From the NCBI GenBank assembly GCA_963816975.1, contig CAWFMD010000003.1, positions 265,445 to 329,444 of the forward strand: a DNA stretch of 64,000 nucleotides, written 5' to 3'. The position numbers and the translations under genes were made by a program. Shown in pieces: positions 55,664 to 64,000 of the stretch. Positions within the stretch are counted from its first letter, which is position 1; every line of letters starts with the position of its first letter. The notes below the pieces were generated by a model. The model did no database searches and had not been told where the DNA came from. It worked only from the letters and a program-made list of their open reading frames with translations. This stretch comes from an uncultured Solirubrobacterales bacterium (GTDB taxonomy: Bacteria > Actinomycetota > Thermoleophilia > Solirubrobacterales > JBBDJG01).

Positions 55664-57169
55664 TCAGAGCGTTTCCGGCCTCTCCGCGAACCGCGGCCGC
55701 AGGGGCGTGCCCGTGACGGCACAGGAGAAGTCGGTCGCAAGCGCTGCCGCGGTTTCGGGCTCGGCCTCCAGCACGTCCGAGCTGATCGTCAGCCAGGCCA
55801 GGATCCCGCCCGCCACCGCGAGCCCCGCGCACGCCACCATCGCAATTTGGAAGCCGTCCTGCATCGCGGTCGGGTCATAGAACTGGTCTCCGGTAAGGCC
55901 CGCGACGAGCGGCAGCACCGCGACCGCCAGCAGACCGCCGACCCGCGCGACCGCGTTGTTGATGCCCGAGGCGATCCCCGAGTGGCGGGCGTCCGCCGCG
56001 GCCAGCACCGTCGCGGTGACCGGCGCCACCACCAGGGTGAGGCCCAGTCCGAACACGATCACGGCCGGCAGCACGCTGGAGACGTAGGTGTCGCCGGGGT
56101 CGATGCGAATCATCAGCAGCAGCCCAGCCGCGATGACGAGCGGCCCGACCGTCAGCGGGATCCGGGCGCCGATGCGCTGCGCCAGCGCGCCCGACCGGGC
56201 CGAGAGCAAGAGCATCAACGCCGTCACCGGCAACGACGCAGCGCCGGCTTCGATGGCCGAGTAGCCCAGTGAGATCTGCAGGAACGAGACGAGCAGGAAG
56301 AAGACGCCCCCGAGGGCCGCGTAGACCACGAACGTGACCAGGTTGGCGGCGCTGAACTGGCGCGACCGGAAGATGCCGAGCGGCATCATCGGGTTGGCAC
56401 TGCCCCGCTCCACCAGCAGGAAGGCGACCAGGGCCACGAGTCCGCCGATGCCGGCCAGCAGGATCGCGGCGTCTGCCCCCTTGCCGGGCGCTTCGATCAG
56501 CGCGTACGTCGTGCCGGCCAGGCCCAGTCCGACCAGCGCCGCGCCGGTCGTGTCGAGGCGGCCGTGCGCGGTCGGGTCGCGGGTCTCGGGGACATGGCGG
56601 GGAGCCATCGCGATCACGAACACGCCGAGCGGGAGGTTGATCAGGAAGATCGCCCGCCACGAGACCGCGTCGACCAGGTAGCCGCCCAGCAGCGGCCCGA
56701 GCGCCGCCGCGACCCCGCCCAGGCCCGACCATGCGCCGATCGCGCGTGCCCGGTCACCGGGACGGAAGCTCGACTCGATCATGGCCAGGCTGCCGGGTGT
56801 CAGCAGCGCTCCGCCGATCCCCTGCAACAGCCGCGCGACGATCAGCAGCTCGGCGTTCGGTGCGATCGCGCACAGGACCGAGGCGGCCGTGAACAGGCCG
56901 ACCCCGATCACGAAGATGCGCCGCCGCCCGTGCCGGTCGCCCAGCGACCCGCCGAGCAGGATCAGCGACGCAAGCGTCAGCAGGTAGCCGTTCAGGACCC
57001 ATTGCAGGTCGGCTGTCGATGCGCCGAGGTCACGACCGATCTCGGGCAGCGCCACGTTGACGACGGTGCCGTCGAGGAACGCCAGGCCCGACCCCAGGAC
57101 GGCGACGGCGAGCACCCAGTGACCCGCGGCGCTGTCGTATGAGACCTGGTGGGCGGCACCGTCGGTCAT
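55664..57169 (-). CDS. MFS transporter, DHA2 (EmrB/QacA-like, 14 TM)
   Basis: 501 aa, hydrophobic throughout, with ..LGDRHGRRRIFVIGV.. (MFS motif A-like). Confidence 0.85.
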   Translation of the reverse strand: MTDGAAHQVSYDSAAGHWVLAVAVLGSGLAFLDGTVVNVALPEIGRDLGASTADLQWVLNGYLLTLASLILLGGSLGDRHGRRRIFVIGVGLFTAASVLCAIAPNAELLIVARLLQGIGGALLTPGSLAMIESSFRPGDRARAIGAWSGLGGVAAALGPLLGGYLVDAVSWRAIFLINLPLGVFVIAMAPRHVPETRDPTAHGRLDTTGAALVGLGLAGTTYALIEAPGKGADAAILLAGIGGLVALVAFLLVERGSANPMMPLGIFRSRQFSAANLVTFVVYAALGGVFFLLVSFLQISLGYSAIEAGAASLPVTALMLLLSARSGALAQRIGARIPLTVGPLVIAAGLLLMIRIDPGDTYVSSVLPAVIVFGLGLTLVVAPVTATVLAAADARHSGIASGINNAVARVGGLLAVAVLPLVAGLTGDQFYDPTAMQDGFQIAMVACAGLAVAGGILAWLTISSDVLEAEPETAAALATDFSCAVTGTPLRPRFAERPETL

Positions 57170-57344
57170 GAGAGCGAGGACCGGCCCTCGCTAGGCGCGA
57201 GTGGGCATTTCCGGCCTAGCCTCCGTCGCGGACGGGTTCGCCGCCCACGCGAGCGCGTGGTCCGCAACTCTTGGTTCACGGTGGGTCTCCTGTCGGGAGG
57301 AACGGTGTCGGGGCGATGATTGTGCCAGCGTCCGGCGCGATCGC

Positions 57345-58547
57345 CTAGCGCGGCAGGTGCGGCGCGACTATGCGGTAGGCCTTGAGGCCGAGGCTGAGGC
57401 GCTCGCGATCCTCGCTGGCGGTGGGATCGAGATCCGTCAGCTGCTGGATTCGCTCCAATCGGTACGCGACCGTGTGGCGATGGGCGTAGATGGCGCGCGC
57501 GGTCGCGTTCATGTTGCACTCGTGCGCGAGATAGGCCTCGAGTGTCGCGAGCAGGTCCGTGTGATAGCGCTCGTCGTAGCGCACCACCGGGCCCACGGTG
57601 TCCTCGAAGAAGCGGCGCATCTCGTCGGGATGTGATGCGAGCACGCGAAACAGCAGCCGGTAGACCCCGGAGCCGGCCTCCGACATCGTCTCGGCCATGC
57701 GCTCGTCGCGCGAGACCACCTCCAGGACCAGCTCCGCCTCCTGCACCGCCCGGTGCAGGTCGCCGGGATCGGCGTGCAAGGACGAGATCGCGGTCGGCCC
57801 GTGCTTGCGCAGGCGCTCGGCGAGGCCGCGCGCCGCATCGGTCTCCGCACCCGCGCCAGCATCTTCGCCGGCCGGCAGCAGCGCGTAGATGCGCCCGTCG
57901 AGCAGCTCCGCGATCGCCCCCGGATAGTCATCCGACACGAGCGCGGTCAGCTGCCGGGGGCGCATGGAGCGCACCTCAGTGACGACCACGGTCGCTCCGC
58001 GCGACAGATCGCACCCCAGCCGCGCCGCGCGGCGCAGTGCGTCCGCGGCCGGCAGCTCGGCCGCGCGCAGCTCCTCGAGCAGGCCTCCGCGCAGGCGGGC
58101 CGCCTCCTGCTCGCGCACCTGGTCGAGCGCCACACCCGTCATCGCCGCCAGCGCGGCGAGGTGCAGCACGTCCCCGGACTCCGCCGGCGCGGGCGAATCG
58201 CCGGCGAGCATCGCCACGATCCCGACCGGCTCGCCGCCCGAATTGACCGGCACGACGAGCGCAACGCCCGCGGGCAGCACCGGCGCGCCGGTGCGCCCGC
58301 GCATCGCCGCGTAACGCCGCACTGCGGCGAGCCCGGGCGCCGCCGATCCCGGGACGACGGTCGCGACCCCCGCGGAGGGCACGACGATCGCGACCGGACG
58401 CCCGACGCGCTCGGAGGCGAGCACGGCCACGCGCTCCATGCCCTCGCCATGCAGCACCGCCTCGACCATCTCCTGATGCACGGCGCGCAACTGCTCGAGG
58501 CCCCCGGCTGGAGAATCTGAGCGTTCGTGTGCGGGTTCGAGGGGCAT
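57345..58547 (-). CDS. PucR/CdaR family transcriptional regulator
   Basis: 400 aa with C-terminal HTH ..NATARAIYAHRHTVAYRLERIQQLTDLD.. Divergent from the second WS/DGAT gene. Confidence 0.75.
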   Translation of the reverse strand: MPLEPAHERSDSPAGGLEQLRAVHQEMVEAVLHGEGMERVAVLASERVGRPVAIVVPSAGVATVVPGSAAPGLAAVRRYAAMRGRTGAPVLPAGVALVVPVNSGGEPVGIVAMLAGDSPAPAESGDVLHLAALAAMTGVALDQVREQEAARLRGGLLEELRAAELPAADALRRAARLGCDLSRGATVVVTEVRSMRPRQLTALVSDDYPGAIAELLDGRIYALLPAGEDAGAGAETDAARGLAERLRKHGPTAISSLHADPGDLHRAVQEAELVLEVVSRDERMAETMSEAGSGVYRLLFRVLASHPDEMRRFFEDTVGPVVRYDERYHTDLLATLEAYLAHECNMNATARAIYAHRHTVAYRLERIQQLTDLDPTASEDRERLSLGLKAYRIVAPHLPR

Positions 58548-58690
58548 GGCGATCGCCGCGGCAGGCGCTCACCGCAAGGTAGGTCCCGGTTGCGCGCGCG
58601 ACATTGGCCCCTGGGCCGAAATCGGTTACCCGCACTTCTCCCCGAGGTCGAGGACCGAAGGCATCCGCCGCTTGGGGGATGCTTCGTGGG

Positions 58691-60133
58691 ATGAAGCGAC
58701 TGACACCGCTGGATGGGTCGTTTCTGAGGGTGGAGACCTCGAACGCGCACATGCACGTCGCGTGGTGCGGTGTGTTCGCCGTGCATGGAGAACGCCCACG
58801 GCCCACGCTCGAGCAAGTCGCCGACGGGATCGAAGCGCGGCTCGCGTTCGCGCCGCGGTTCCGGCAGCGGCTCGCGTTCCCGCCCCCGGGGCTCGGTGAG
58901 CCGTACTGGGTCGACGACCCGCGCTTCCACGTGCGCGCGCACGTGACGCGACTCGCGCCCGAGGACCAGGCCGTCTCGCGCGACCGCTTCACGGCCATGG
59001 CGGGCGACGTGCTGTCCGAGCCGCTGCTGCGCGACCGTCCGCTGTGGCACCTCTATCTGTTGCCGCGACTCGCGGACGGCGGGGTCGGCATCGTCTTCAA
59101 GATGCACCACGCGCTGGTCGACGGGAAGTCCGCGGTCGAATTGGGGCTGCTGCTCTTCGACGCGGACCCGGACGCGCGGCCGAGGGCCCCCGACGAGTGG
59201 CGGCCGGCCGGGCCGCCCAACGCACTCGGGCTCACGCTCGCCTCGTTGCGCGGCGGCGCGGAGGGAACGGTGTCCGCCGCACTGCGGCTCACACGGCTGG
59301 CGCGCCCCGGCCACGACAGCGTGACGGGTACCGTGCGCCGCGCCGCCGGCGCGGTCGACCGGGACCTGCTGCGGCTGGCGCCGCCCTCGTTCCTGAACAC
59401 GGCGCTCGGCCCGCGCCGCATCCTCGTCTCCCAGCGCGCGCGCATCGACGAGCTGATCCGCATCAAGCGCATGCACGGCGTGACCGTGAACGATGTCTGC
59501 CTCGCTGCGGTGAGCGGCGCCCTCCGGGCCCTGGCGCTGAGCTGCGGCCAGCCCGTCCGCCCGCTGAAGGCGATGGTGCCCGTGAGCGTGCGCACCGACG
59601 ACGAGCGCACCGCGCTCGGCAACCGCATCTCATTCGCGTTCGTGGAGCTGCCGCTCGAGCTGGCCCGAGCGGAGTCGCGCCTGCAGCGAGTGCACGAGCA
59701 GACGACCGCGTTCAAGTCATCGGATCGCCCGGCCGGCTTCGAGTCGCTGATGGGCGCGCTCGGCTATCTGCCCAACGCGCTCAAGACGCCGGCTGCCAGG
59801 CTGGTCGGCAGCAAGCGGGTCTACAACCTCACCGTGTCGAACATTCCGGGCCCGCGGTTCCCGGTTTACATGGCCGGCGCGGTGCTGCGCGAGGCCTACC
59901 CGGTGGTCCCGCTGGCCGAGGGCCACACGCTCTCGATCGGGATGTTCAGCTACCGCGACTGGATGTTCTTCGGGCTCTATGCCGATCCCGAGGCGCTCCC
60001 GGAGGTGCGGCGGCTGCCCACCGCCATCGAGCGCGCGCTGTGGGAGCTGCGCGGCCACCGCCCGCACGGAGTGCGCCGCCGCCGCTTCACGCCCAAGCGC
60101 GGGCGCGTGCGCCACCTCGCCGCCGTCAGCTAG
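58691..60133 (+). CDS. wax ester synthase / diacylglycerol acyltransferase (second copy)
   Basis: ORF 58604.. trimmed to ATG 58691 (MKRLTPLDGSFLRVE..). Carries the HHALVDGKSA (HHxxxDG) motif. Confidence 0.85.
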   Translation: MKRLTPLDGSFLRVETSNAHMHVAWCGVFAVHGERPRPTLEQVADGIEARLAFAPRFRQRLAFPPPGLGEPYWVDDPRFHVRAHVTRLAPEDQAVSRDRFTAMAGDVLSEPLLRDRPLWHLYLLPRLADGGVGIVFKMHHALVDGKSAVELGLLLFDADPDARPRAPDEWRPAGPPNALGLTLASLRGGAEGTVSAALRLTRLARPGHDSVTGTVRRAAGAVDRDLLRLAPPSFLNTALGPRRILVSQRARIDELIRIKRMHGVTVNDVCLAAVSGALRALALSCGQPVRPLKAMVPVSVRTDDERTALGNRISFAFVELPLELARAESRLQRVHEQTTAFKSSDRPAGFESLMGALGYLPNALKTPAARLVGSKRVYNLTVSNIPGPRFPVYMAGAVLREAYPVVPLAEGHTLSIGMFSYRDWMFFGLYADPEALPEVRRLPTAIERALWELRGHRPHGVRRRRFTPKRGRVRHLAAVS

Positions 60134-61746
60134 ATCTCCAGCCGCGTGTCCTCCAGATCGAGGTCGCGCTGCACGCGGCGCATCACCTCGTCGTCGATCT
60201 TGCCCTGCCGGCGCAGGTCCACGACCGCCCGGCGCTGCGCCTCGAGCATCTCGCGCTGCAGGCGCTGGTAGTTGAGCGAGCGCTTCTCGAAGCCGCCATC
60301 GTCCTCGCCGTCGAAGCGCGCGGCAAACCTGCGCGTGCGGTAGCCGAGCAGGGCGCGCATCCGCTCAGCGGTGTCGTCCCGTACCCAGTCCTCGCGCTCC
60401 AGCTCGTCGAGGCGCGCGAGCGCGGCCCTGGTCGCGTGCAGCCGCGCCTTGCTCTCCTCGGTCTCGCGCTCGTGCTCGTCGCCCACGTCGAGATGGCGGA
60501 TCAGCCAGGGCAGCGTCAGCCCCTGCAGCACGAGCGTCGCAAGGATCACGCAGAACGTGATGAAGATGATCAGGTCGCGCGCCGGGAACGCGGTGCCCGC
60601 GTCCGTCGCGAGCGGGATCGCGAGCGCGGCTGCCAGCGACACGGCGCCGCGCATTCCGCTCCACGCGACGAGCGTCGGATGCTGCCAGGGGGTGTGGTCG
60701 TGGATGCCGCGCGCGTGCTGGAACAGCCACCGCGGCAGGTACGTCAGCGGGAACACCCACACGATGCGAATCACGATCACGACAGCGCTGACGCTCGCGC
60801 CGTACCAGACCAGCTCGGCCGTCGAGAATCCTTCGAGCGCGTCGAGGATGCTCTCGAACTGGAGTCCCAGCAGAGTGAACAGGAGCGCATTCAGCACGAA
60901 CACGAGGATCTCCCAGACCGCGAAGGTCTGCAGGCGCGTTGCGGGCGAGACCAGCTCGGGCGCGTGCCACCCCAGGTAGATGCCGACCGTCACCGCCGCG
61001 ACCACTCCCGACACGTCGAGCGCAACGGCCGGCAGGTAGGCGAAGTAGGCGGTCATCAGCGAGACCGTGATCTCCGTGGTCGGGTCGTCGAGACGCCGCC
61101 GGACCCAGGTCACGATCCACCCGATGACCAGTCCCACGCCGAGCCCGCCTACCGCGTTGACGACGAAGTCGAAGCCCGCGTCGACGAGTGAGAAGCCCCC
61201 GGTGAGTGCGGCCGCGACCGCGAACTTGTAGATCACGAGCGCCGTCGCGTCGTTGACCAGGCTCTCTCCCTCGACGATCGTCACGACCCGCCGGGGTGCG
61301 CCCAGACGGCCGGCGATCGAGGTGGCGGCCACCGGATCCGTGGGCGATACGACGGCGCCCAGCACGAAGGCCGCCTCCCAGGAGAGGCCGTCGATCAGCG
61401 CGTGCGCGGCCAGCGCGACACCCACCGTGGTGGCGATCACGAGCCCGATCGACAGCAGGCCGATCGGCCGAGCGTTTTCCCGCAGGTCGCGCAGGGAGGA
61501 GAAGAACGCGGCCGCGTACAGCAGCGGAGGCAGCACGATCAAGAGCACCAGGTCGGGGTCCAGCGACACGGTCGGCACCCCCGGGGTGAAGCCGAGGGCG
61601 AGGCCGCCGAGCACCAGCACCACCGGGTACGGGACGTGCAGGTACTGACCCACGATCACGAGCGCCGCGGCGGCGGCCAGGATGCCGAGTACGACCAGCT
61701 CGGTGGTACCGGCCTCGAGCGCGCCGGTCAGCGAGAGGGCGTCCAA
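60130..61746 (-). CDS. Na+/H+ antiporter (CPA1 family)
   Basis: 538 aa with about 12 TM segments plus a charged cytoplasmic tail. CTAG stop-stop overlap with the convergent WS/DGAT gene. Confidence 0.85.
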   Translation of the reverse strand: MDALSLTGALEAGTTELVVLGILAAAAALVIVGQYLHVPYPVVLVLGGLALGFTPGVPTVSLDPDLVLLIVLPPLLYAAAFFSSLRDLRENARPIGLLSIGLVIATTVGVALAAHALIDGLSWEAAFVLGAVVSPTDPVAATSIAGRLGAPRRVVTIVEGESLVNDATALVIYKFAVAAALTGGFSLVDAGFDFVVNAVGGLGVGLVIGWIVTWVRRRLDDPTTEITVSLMTAYFAYLPAVALDVSGVVAAVTVGIYLGWHAPELVSPATRLQTFAVWEILVFVLNALLFTLLGLQFESILDALEGFSTAELVWYGASVSAVVIVIRIVWVFPLTYLPRWLFQHARGIHDHTPWQHPTLVAWSGMRGAVSLAAALAIPLATDAGTAFPARDLIIFITFCVILATLVLQGLTLPWLIRHLDVGDEHERETEESKARLHATRAALARLDELEREDWVRDDTAERMRALLGYRTRRFAARFDGEDDGGFEKRSLNYQRLQREMLEAQRRAVVDLRRQGKIDDEVMRRVQRDLDLEDTRLEI

Positions 61747-61759
61747 CTGCTCGCGCCGC

Positions 61760-62563
61760 TCACAGCTCGGTCTGGTGAGTCCCCGCCCTGCCCGCGTCCG
61801 TCTTCTCGTAGAAGCGGCCGAGCAGCTGCCTGGTCTCCTCCGGGTCCGGGGACGACCATCCGTTCAGGGCGTCGATCCGCAGCTGCTCGTCGAGCGGGCG
61901 GCCGATCACGTCGAGGATCGTCTCCTTCGCCGAGCGCACCGCCGTCTGGCTGTTTCGCAGGATCTGCCGCGCAACGTGCTCGGCCTCCGTCATCAGCCGG
62001 TCGTGCGGCACGACCCTGGACACGAGGTTGCACTGCAGGGCACGCTGCGCGTCGATCGGCTCGCCGGTGAGGAGCATCTCCAGCGCGATGCCCGAGCCGC
62101 ACGTGTTGACCAGGCGCGCGATGCCGCCATCGCCGTGATGGAACCCGCGCCGCACCTCGAAGGATCCGAACATCGCGCGCTCCGACGCGATCCTGATGTC
62201 GCACGCAAGGGCGGTCTCGAACCCGCCCGCGAGCGCCCACCCGTTGACGGCCGCGATCACCGGCTTGTAGATGCGGTGCAGCCCGCGCGTGAGGCCGCCG
62301 AGCCCATTGGCCACGTTGTCACGCACATAGCGCGCCGTGAGGTTGGCGATGCGCGGCGGTATGAACGTCTTCAGGTCGGCACCGGCGCAGAACGCGTCGC
62401 CGTTGCCGGTCACGATTGCGACGTCGACCGCGTCGTCGTCGCGAAAGTCCTCCCAGGTACGCCACAGGAGGTCATGTGTCTCGGGGTCGATCGCGTTCTT
62501 CGCGTCGGGCCGGTTCAGCGTCACGTACGCGATCCGGTCGCGCTTCTCATACAGGACCTTCAT
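61760..62563 (-). CDS. enoyl-CoA hydratase/isomerase (crotonase) family protein
   Basis: ORF 61760..62644 trimmed to ATG 62563: MKVLYEKRDRIAYVTLNRPDAKNAID..GNGDAFCAGADL.. Confidence 0.85.
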   Translation of the reverse strand: MKVLYEKRDRIAYVTLNRPDAKNAIDPETHDLLWRTWEDFRDDDAVDVAIVTGNGDAFCAGADLKTFIPPRIANLTARYVRDNVANGLGGLTRGLHRIYKPVIAAVNGWALAGGFETALACDIRIASERAMFGSFEVRRGFHHGDGGIARLVNTCGSGIALEMLLTGEPIDAQRALQCNLVSRVVPHDRLMTEAEHVARQILRNSQTAVRSAKETILDVIGRPLDEQLRIDALNGWSSPDPEETRQLLGRFYEKTDAGRAGTHQTEL

Positions 62564-62570
62564 CCCTGGG

Positions 62571-63800
62571 CTAGCCGGCGACGGGCTCGGGCTGCGGCTC
62601 GTGCTTCCGCAGCTCGCGGCGCGCGATCTGCTGGAGCTGTGCACCTCGTCGGGCCCGTCGACGAAGTGCAGCGTGCGGGCGGCCCGTACATCGCGGCCAG
62701 CGGCCAGTCGTTGGTGACGCCGCCGCCGCCGAACACCTGGATGGCACGGTCGATCACGGTGGTCGCCAGGCGGGCCGCGGCGACCTTGATCGCCGAGATC
62801 TCGATGCGGGCGCCCTTGTGCCCGCCGTGTCGATCAGCCACGCGGTCTTCAGGGTGAGCAGCCGCACCTGTTCGATCTCGATGCCGCGACTCGGCGATCC
62901 CGCCTGGATGGTGCCCTGGTCGGCGAGCGGCTGCCCGAACGCCACCCGCTGCTGCACGCGTTCGCACATGAGCTCGAGCGCCCTCTCGGCCATCCCGATC
63001 GCGCGCATGCAGTGATGGATGCGTCCGGGGCCGAGGCGGGCCTGGGCGAGCGCGAATCCGGCGCCCTCCTCGCCGAGCAGGTGGTCGGCAGGGACGCGCA
63101 CGTCGACGAACAGCGTTTCGGAGTGGCCGCCGCCCGCGTCGTGGTCGAAGACGGGCAGCGTCCGCTCGATCGCACACGCCGGGTGTGTCGAACGGCACGA
63201 GCATCATGCTGTGGCGGCGATGGCGGTCGGCATCGGGGTCGCGAGACCCCCATGAGGATCGCGAACGAGCAGCGTGCTGACGCCGCCCCGCTCGTGAACC
63301 ACTTGTGCGCGTTGATCACGTAGTGGTCGCCGTCGCGCTCGATGCGACTCTGGATGTTGGTCGCGTCCGAGCTGGCGACCCACGGCTCGGTCATCGCGAA
63401 GCACGAGCGGATCTCGCCGTCGAGGAGCGGGTCGAGGAACTGCTCGTGTTGGCACGGCGTGCCGAACTGCTCGAGCAGCTCCATGTTGCCGGTGTCGGGG
63501 GCCGAGCAGTTGGTGGCTTCCTGCGAGAGGGGTGATTGGCCCATCAGCTCGCAGAGCGGTGCGTACTCGAGGTTCGTGAGTCCGGCCCCGAGGTCGGTTG
63601 TCGGGGAGGAACAGGTTCCAGAGCCCGCGGGCACGCGCTTCGGCCTTGAGCTCCTCCATGACCGGTGGATGGAAGTGCGGGTCACCCGACTCTTCCACCT
63701 GGTCGTGCCAGACACGCTCTGCCGGATAGATGTGGCTGTCCATGAACTCGAGCAGGCTCTCCCTGAGCTCCTGAGTCCTGGGGTTGAATTCGAAGTCCAT
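62571..63800 (-). pseudogene. acyl-CoA dehydrogenase, at least 6 frameshifts
   Basis: [21 protein letters not shown].. (ATG 63800), ..[39 protein letters not shown].., ..[27 protein letters not shown].., ..VFGGGGVTNDWPLAAMY, ARTLHFVDGPDEVH and QLQQIARRELRKHEPQPEPVAG* lie in different frames. Confidence 0.75.
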
Positions 63801-63805
63801 GGCGT

Positions 63806-63829
63806 CTCCTCCGGATTGACTCGGAGGAG
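63806..63829 (-). promoter_or_regulatory. stem-loop pairing the ACAD Shine-Dalgarno with an upstream anti-SD (also a possible terminator of the upstream kinase gene)
   Basis: Minus-strand RNA reads UAG-AUAAGCUG-CUCCUCCG-AGUCAAUC-CGGAGGAG-ACGCC-AUG. The stem is 8 bp and its 3' arm is the SD of the ATG at 63800. Confidence 0.4.
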
Positions 63830-63837
63830 CAGCTTAT

Positions 63838-64000
63838 CTAGCGCGCGGCGAGCGGGCTGATCGTGCACCGCAGGGGCAAGAAGACGGTGTAGTTCGTCCC
63901 CTCGCCGGCGCGGATGCTGATGTCCATCCGGCCTCCGTGGGCGTCGACGATCGCCTTCAGGATCGTGACCTCCGCCTGCGGCGGTGCGTAGCTGCCGGCG
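63838..64000 (-). CDS. sensor histidine kinase, C-terminal end (gene enters from the right edge)
   Basis: My translation gives ..[53 protein letters not shown]. This is the end of a HATPase_c domain (G2 box region, GEGT..F.V.LP). Confidence 0.6.
   Translation of the reverse strand, partial: AGSYAPPQAEVTILKAIVDAHGGRMDISIRAGEGTNYTVFLPLRCTISPLAAR

Noticed and set aside
55658-55670. tRNA-like D-arm string GGTAGCTCAGAGC
   Set aside because: No acceptor stem, anticodon arm or T-arm (GTTCGAATC-type) can be drawn around it. It sits at the MFS gene stop / ABC gene start junction.

Overview
64 kb of very GC-rich (about 70% by eye), gene-dense chromosome. The protein repertoire looks actinobacterial, possibly a Thermoleophilia/Rubrobacteria-type lineage, but this is inference only. 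I found no rRNA, tRNA, CRISPR array, transposase or integrase.

Layout:
- (1) 1-16.7 kb is a redox/hypoxia-style island, mostly on the minus strand. It holds a NarL-type two-component pair and two paralogous modules pairing a CBS protein with a Cys-poor SQR/NDH-2-like flavoprotein, one of which also has a K+ channel. It also holds a complete four-subunit group-3b-type [NiFe]-hydrogenase operon with its endopeptidase and an embedded stand-alone cyclic-nucleotide-binding ORF. Directly upstream of that operon sit porG/A/B and a PorD-GltD-ferredoxin fusion. Universal stress proteins complete the island.
- (2) 16.8-20 kb is housekeeping: GST-like, tag, a Moco oxidoreductase with an FNR-like partner, and a VOC protein.
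- (3) 20-26.7 kb is a pentose-phosphate operon, tkt-gnd-zwf-opcA-pgl-rpiB.
- (4) 26.8-39 kb holds an ABC-2 exporter and a secretome cluster. The cluster comprises an S1 protease coupled to an unassignable Cys-pair repeat protein, a Vgb-like propeller, an FG-GAP propeller, a PepSY protein and a GH18 with FN3 modules.
- (5) 39-64 kb holds a DrrAB-like ABC pair, a CHRD protein, and an R2-like diiron protein fused to SCP2 with a TetR and a 41-bp palindrome. It continues with DUF559, two WS/DGAT genes, an orphan yrbEAB pair behind a TetR with an odd C-terminal extension, and pgi. The remaining genes are oxidoreductases, a second ABC-2 pair, MFS, PucR, a Na+/H+ antiporter, and crotonase/ACAD.

The strongest sequence-level oddity is that single-base frameshifts are concentrated in a few sharp-edged blocks: 8.1-12.4 kb, 39.7-40.8 kb, 48.7-48.97 kb and 62.6-63.65 kb. 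There are also isolated frameshifts in zwf, one USP and yrbEA, while neighbouring multi-kb genes are intact.

Genes are very often joined by TGATG/ATGA/GTGA stop-start overlaps. All functional calls come from motif recognition by eye, with no database search, and start codons are often uncertain in this GC-rich DNA.
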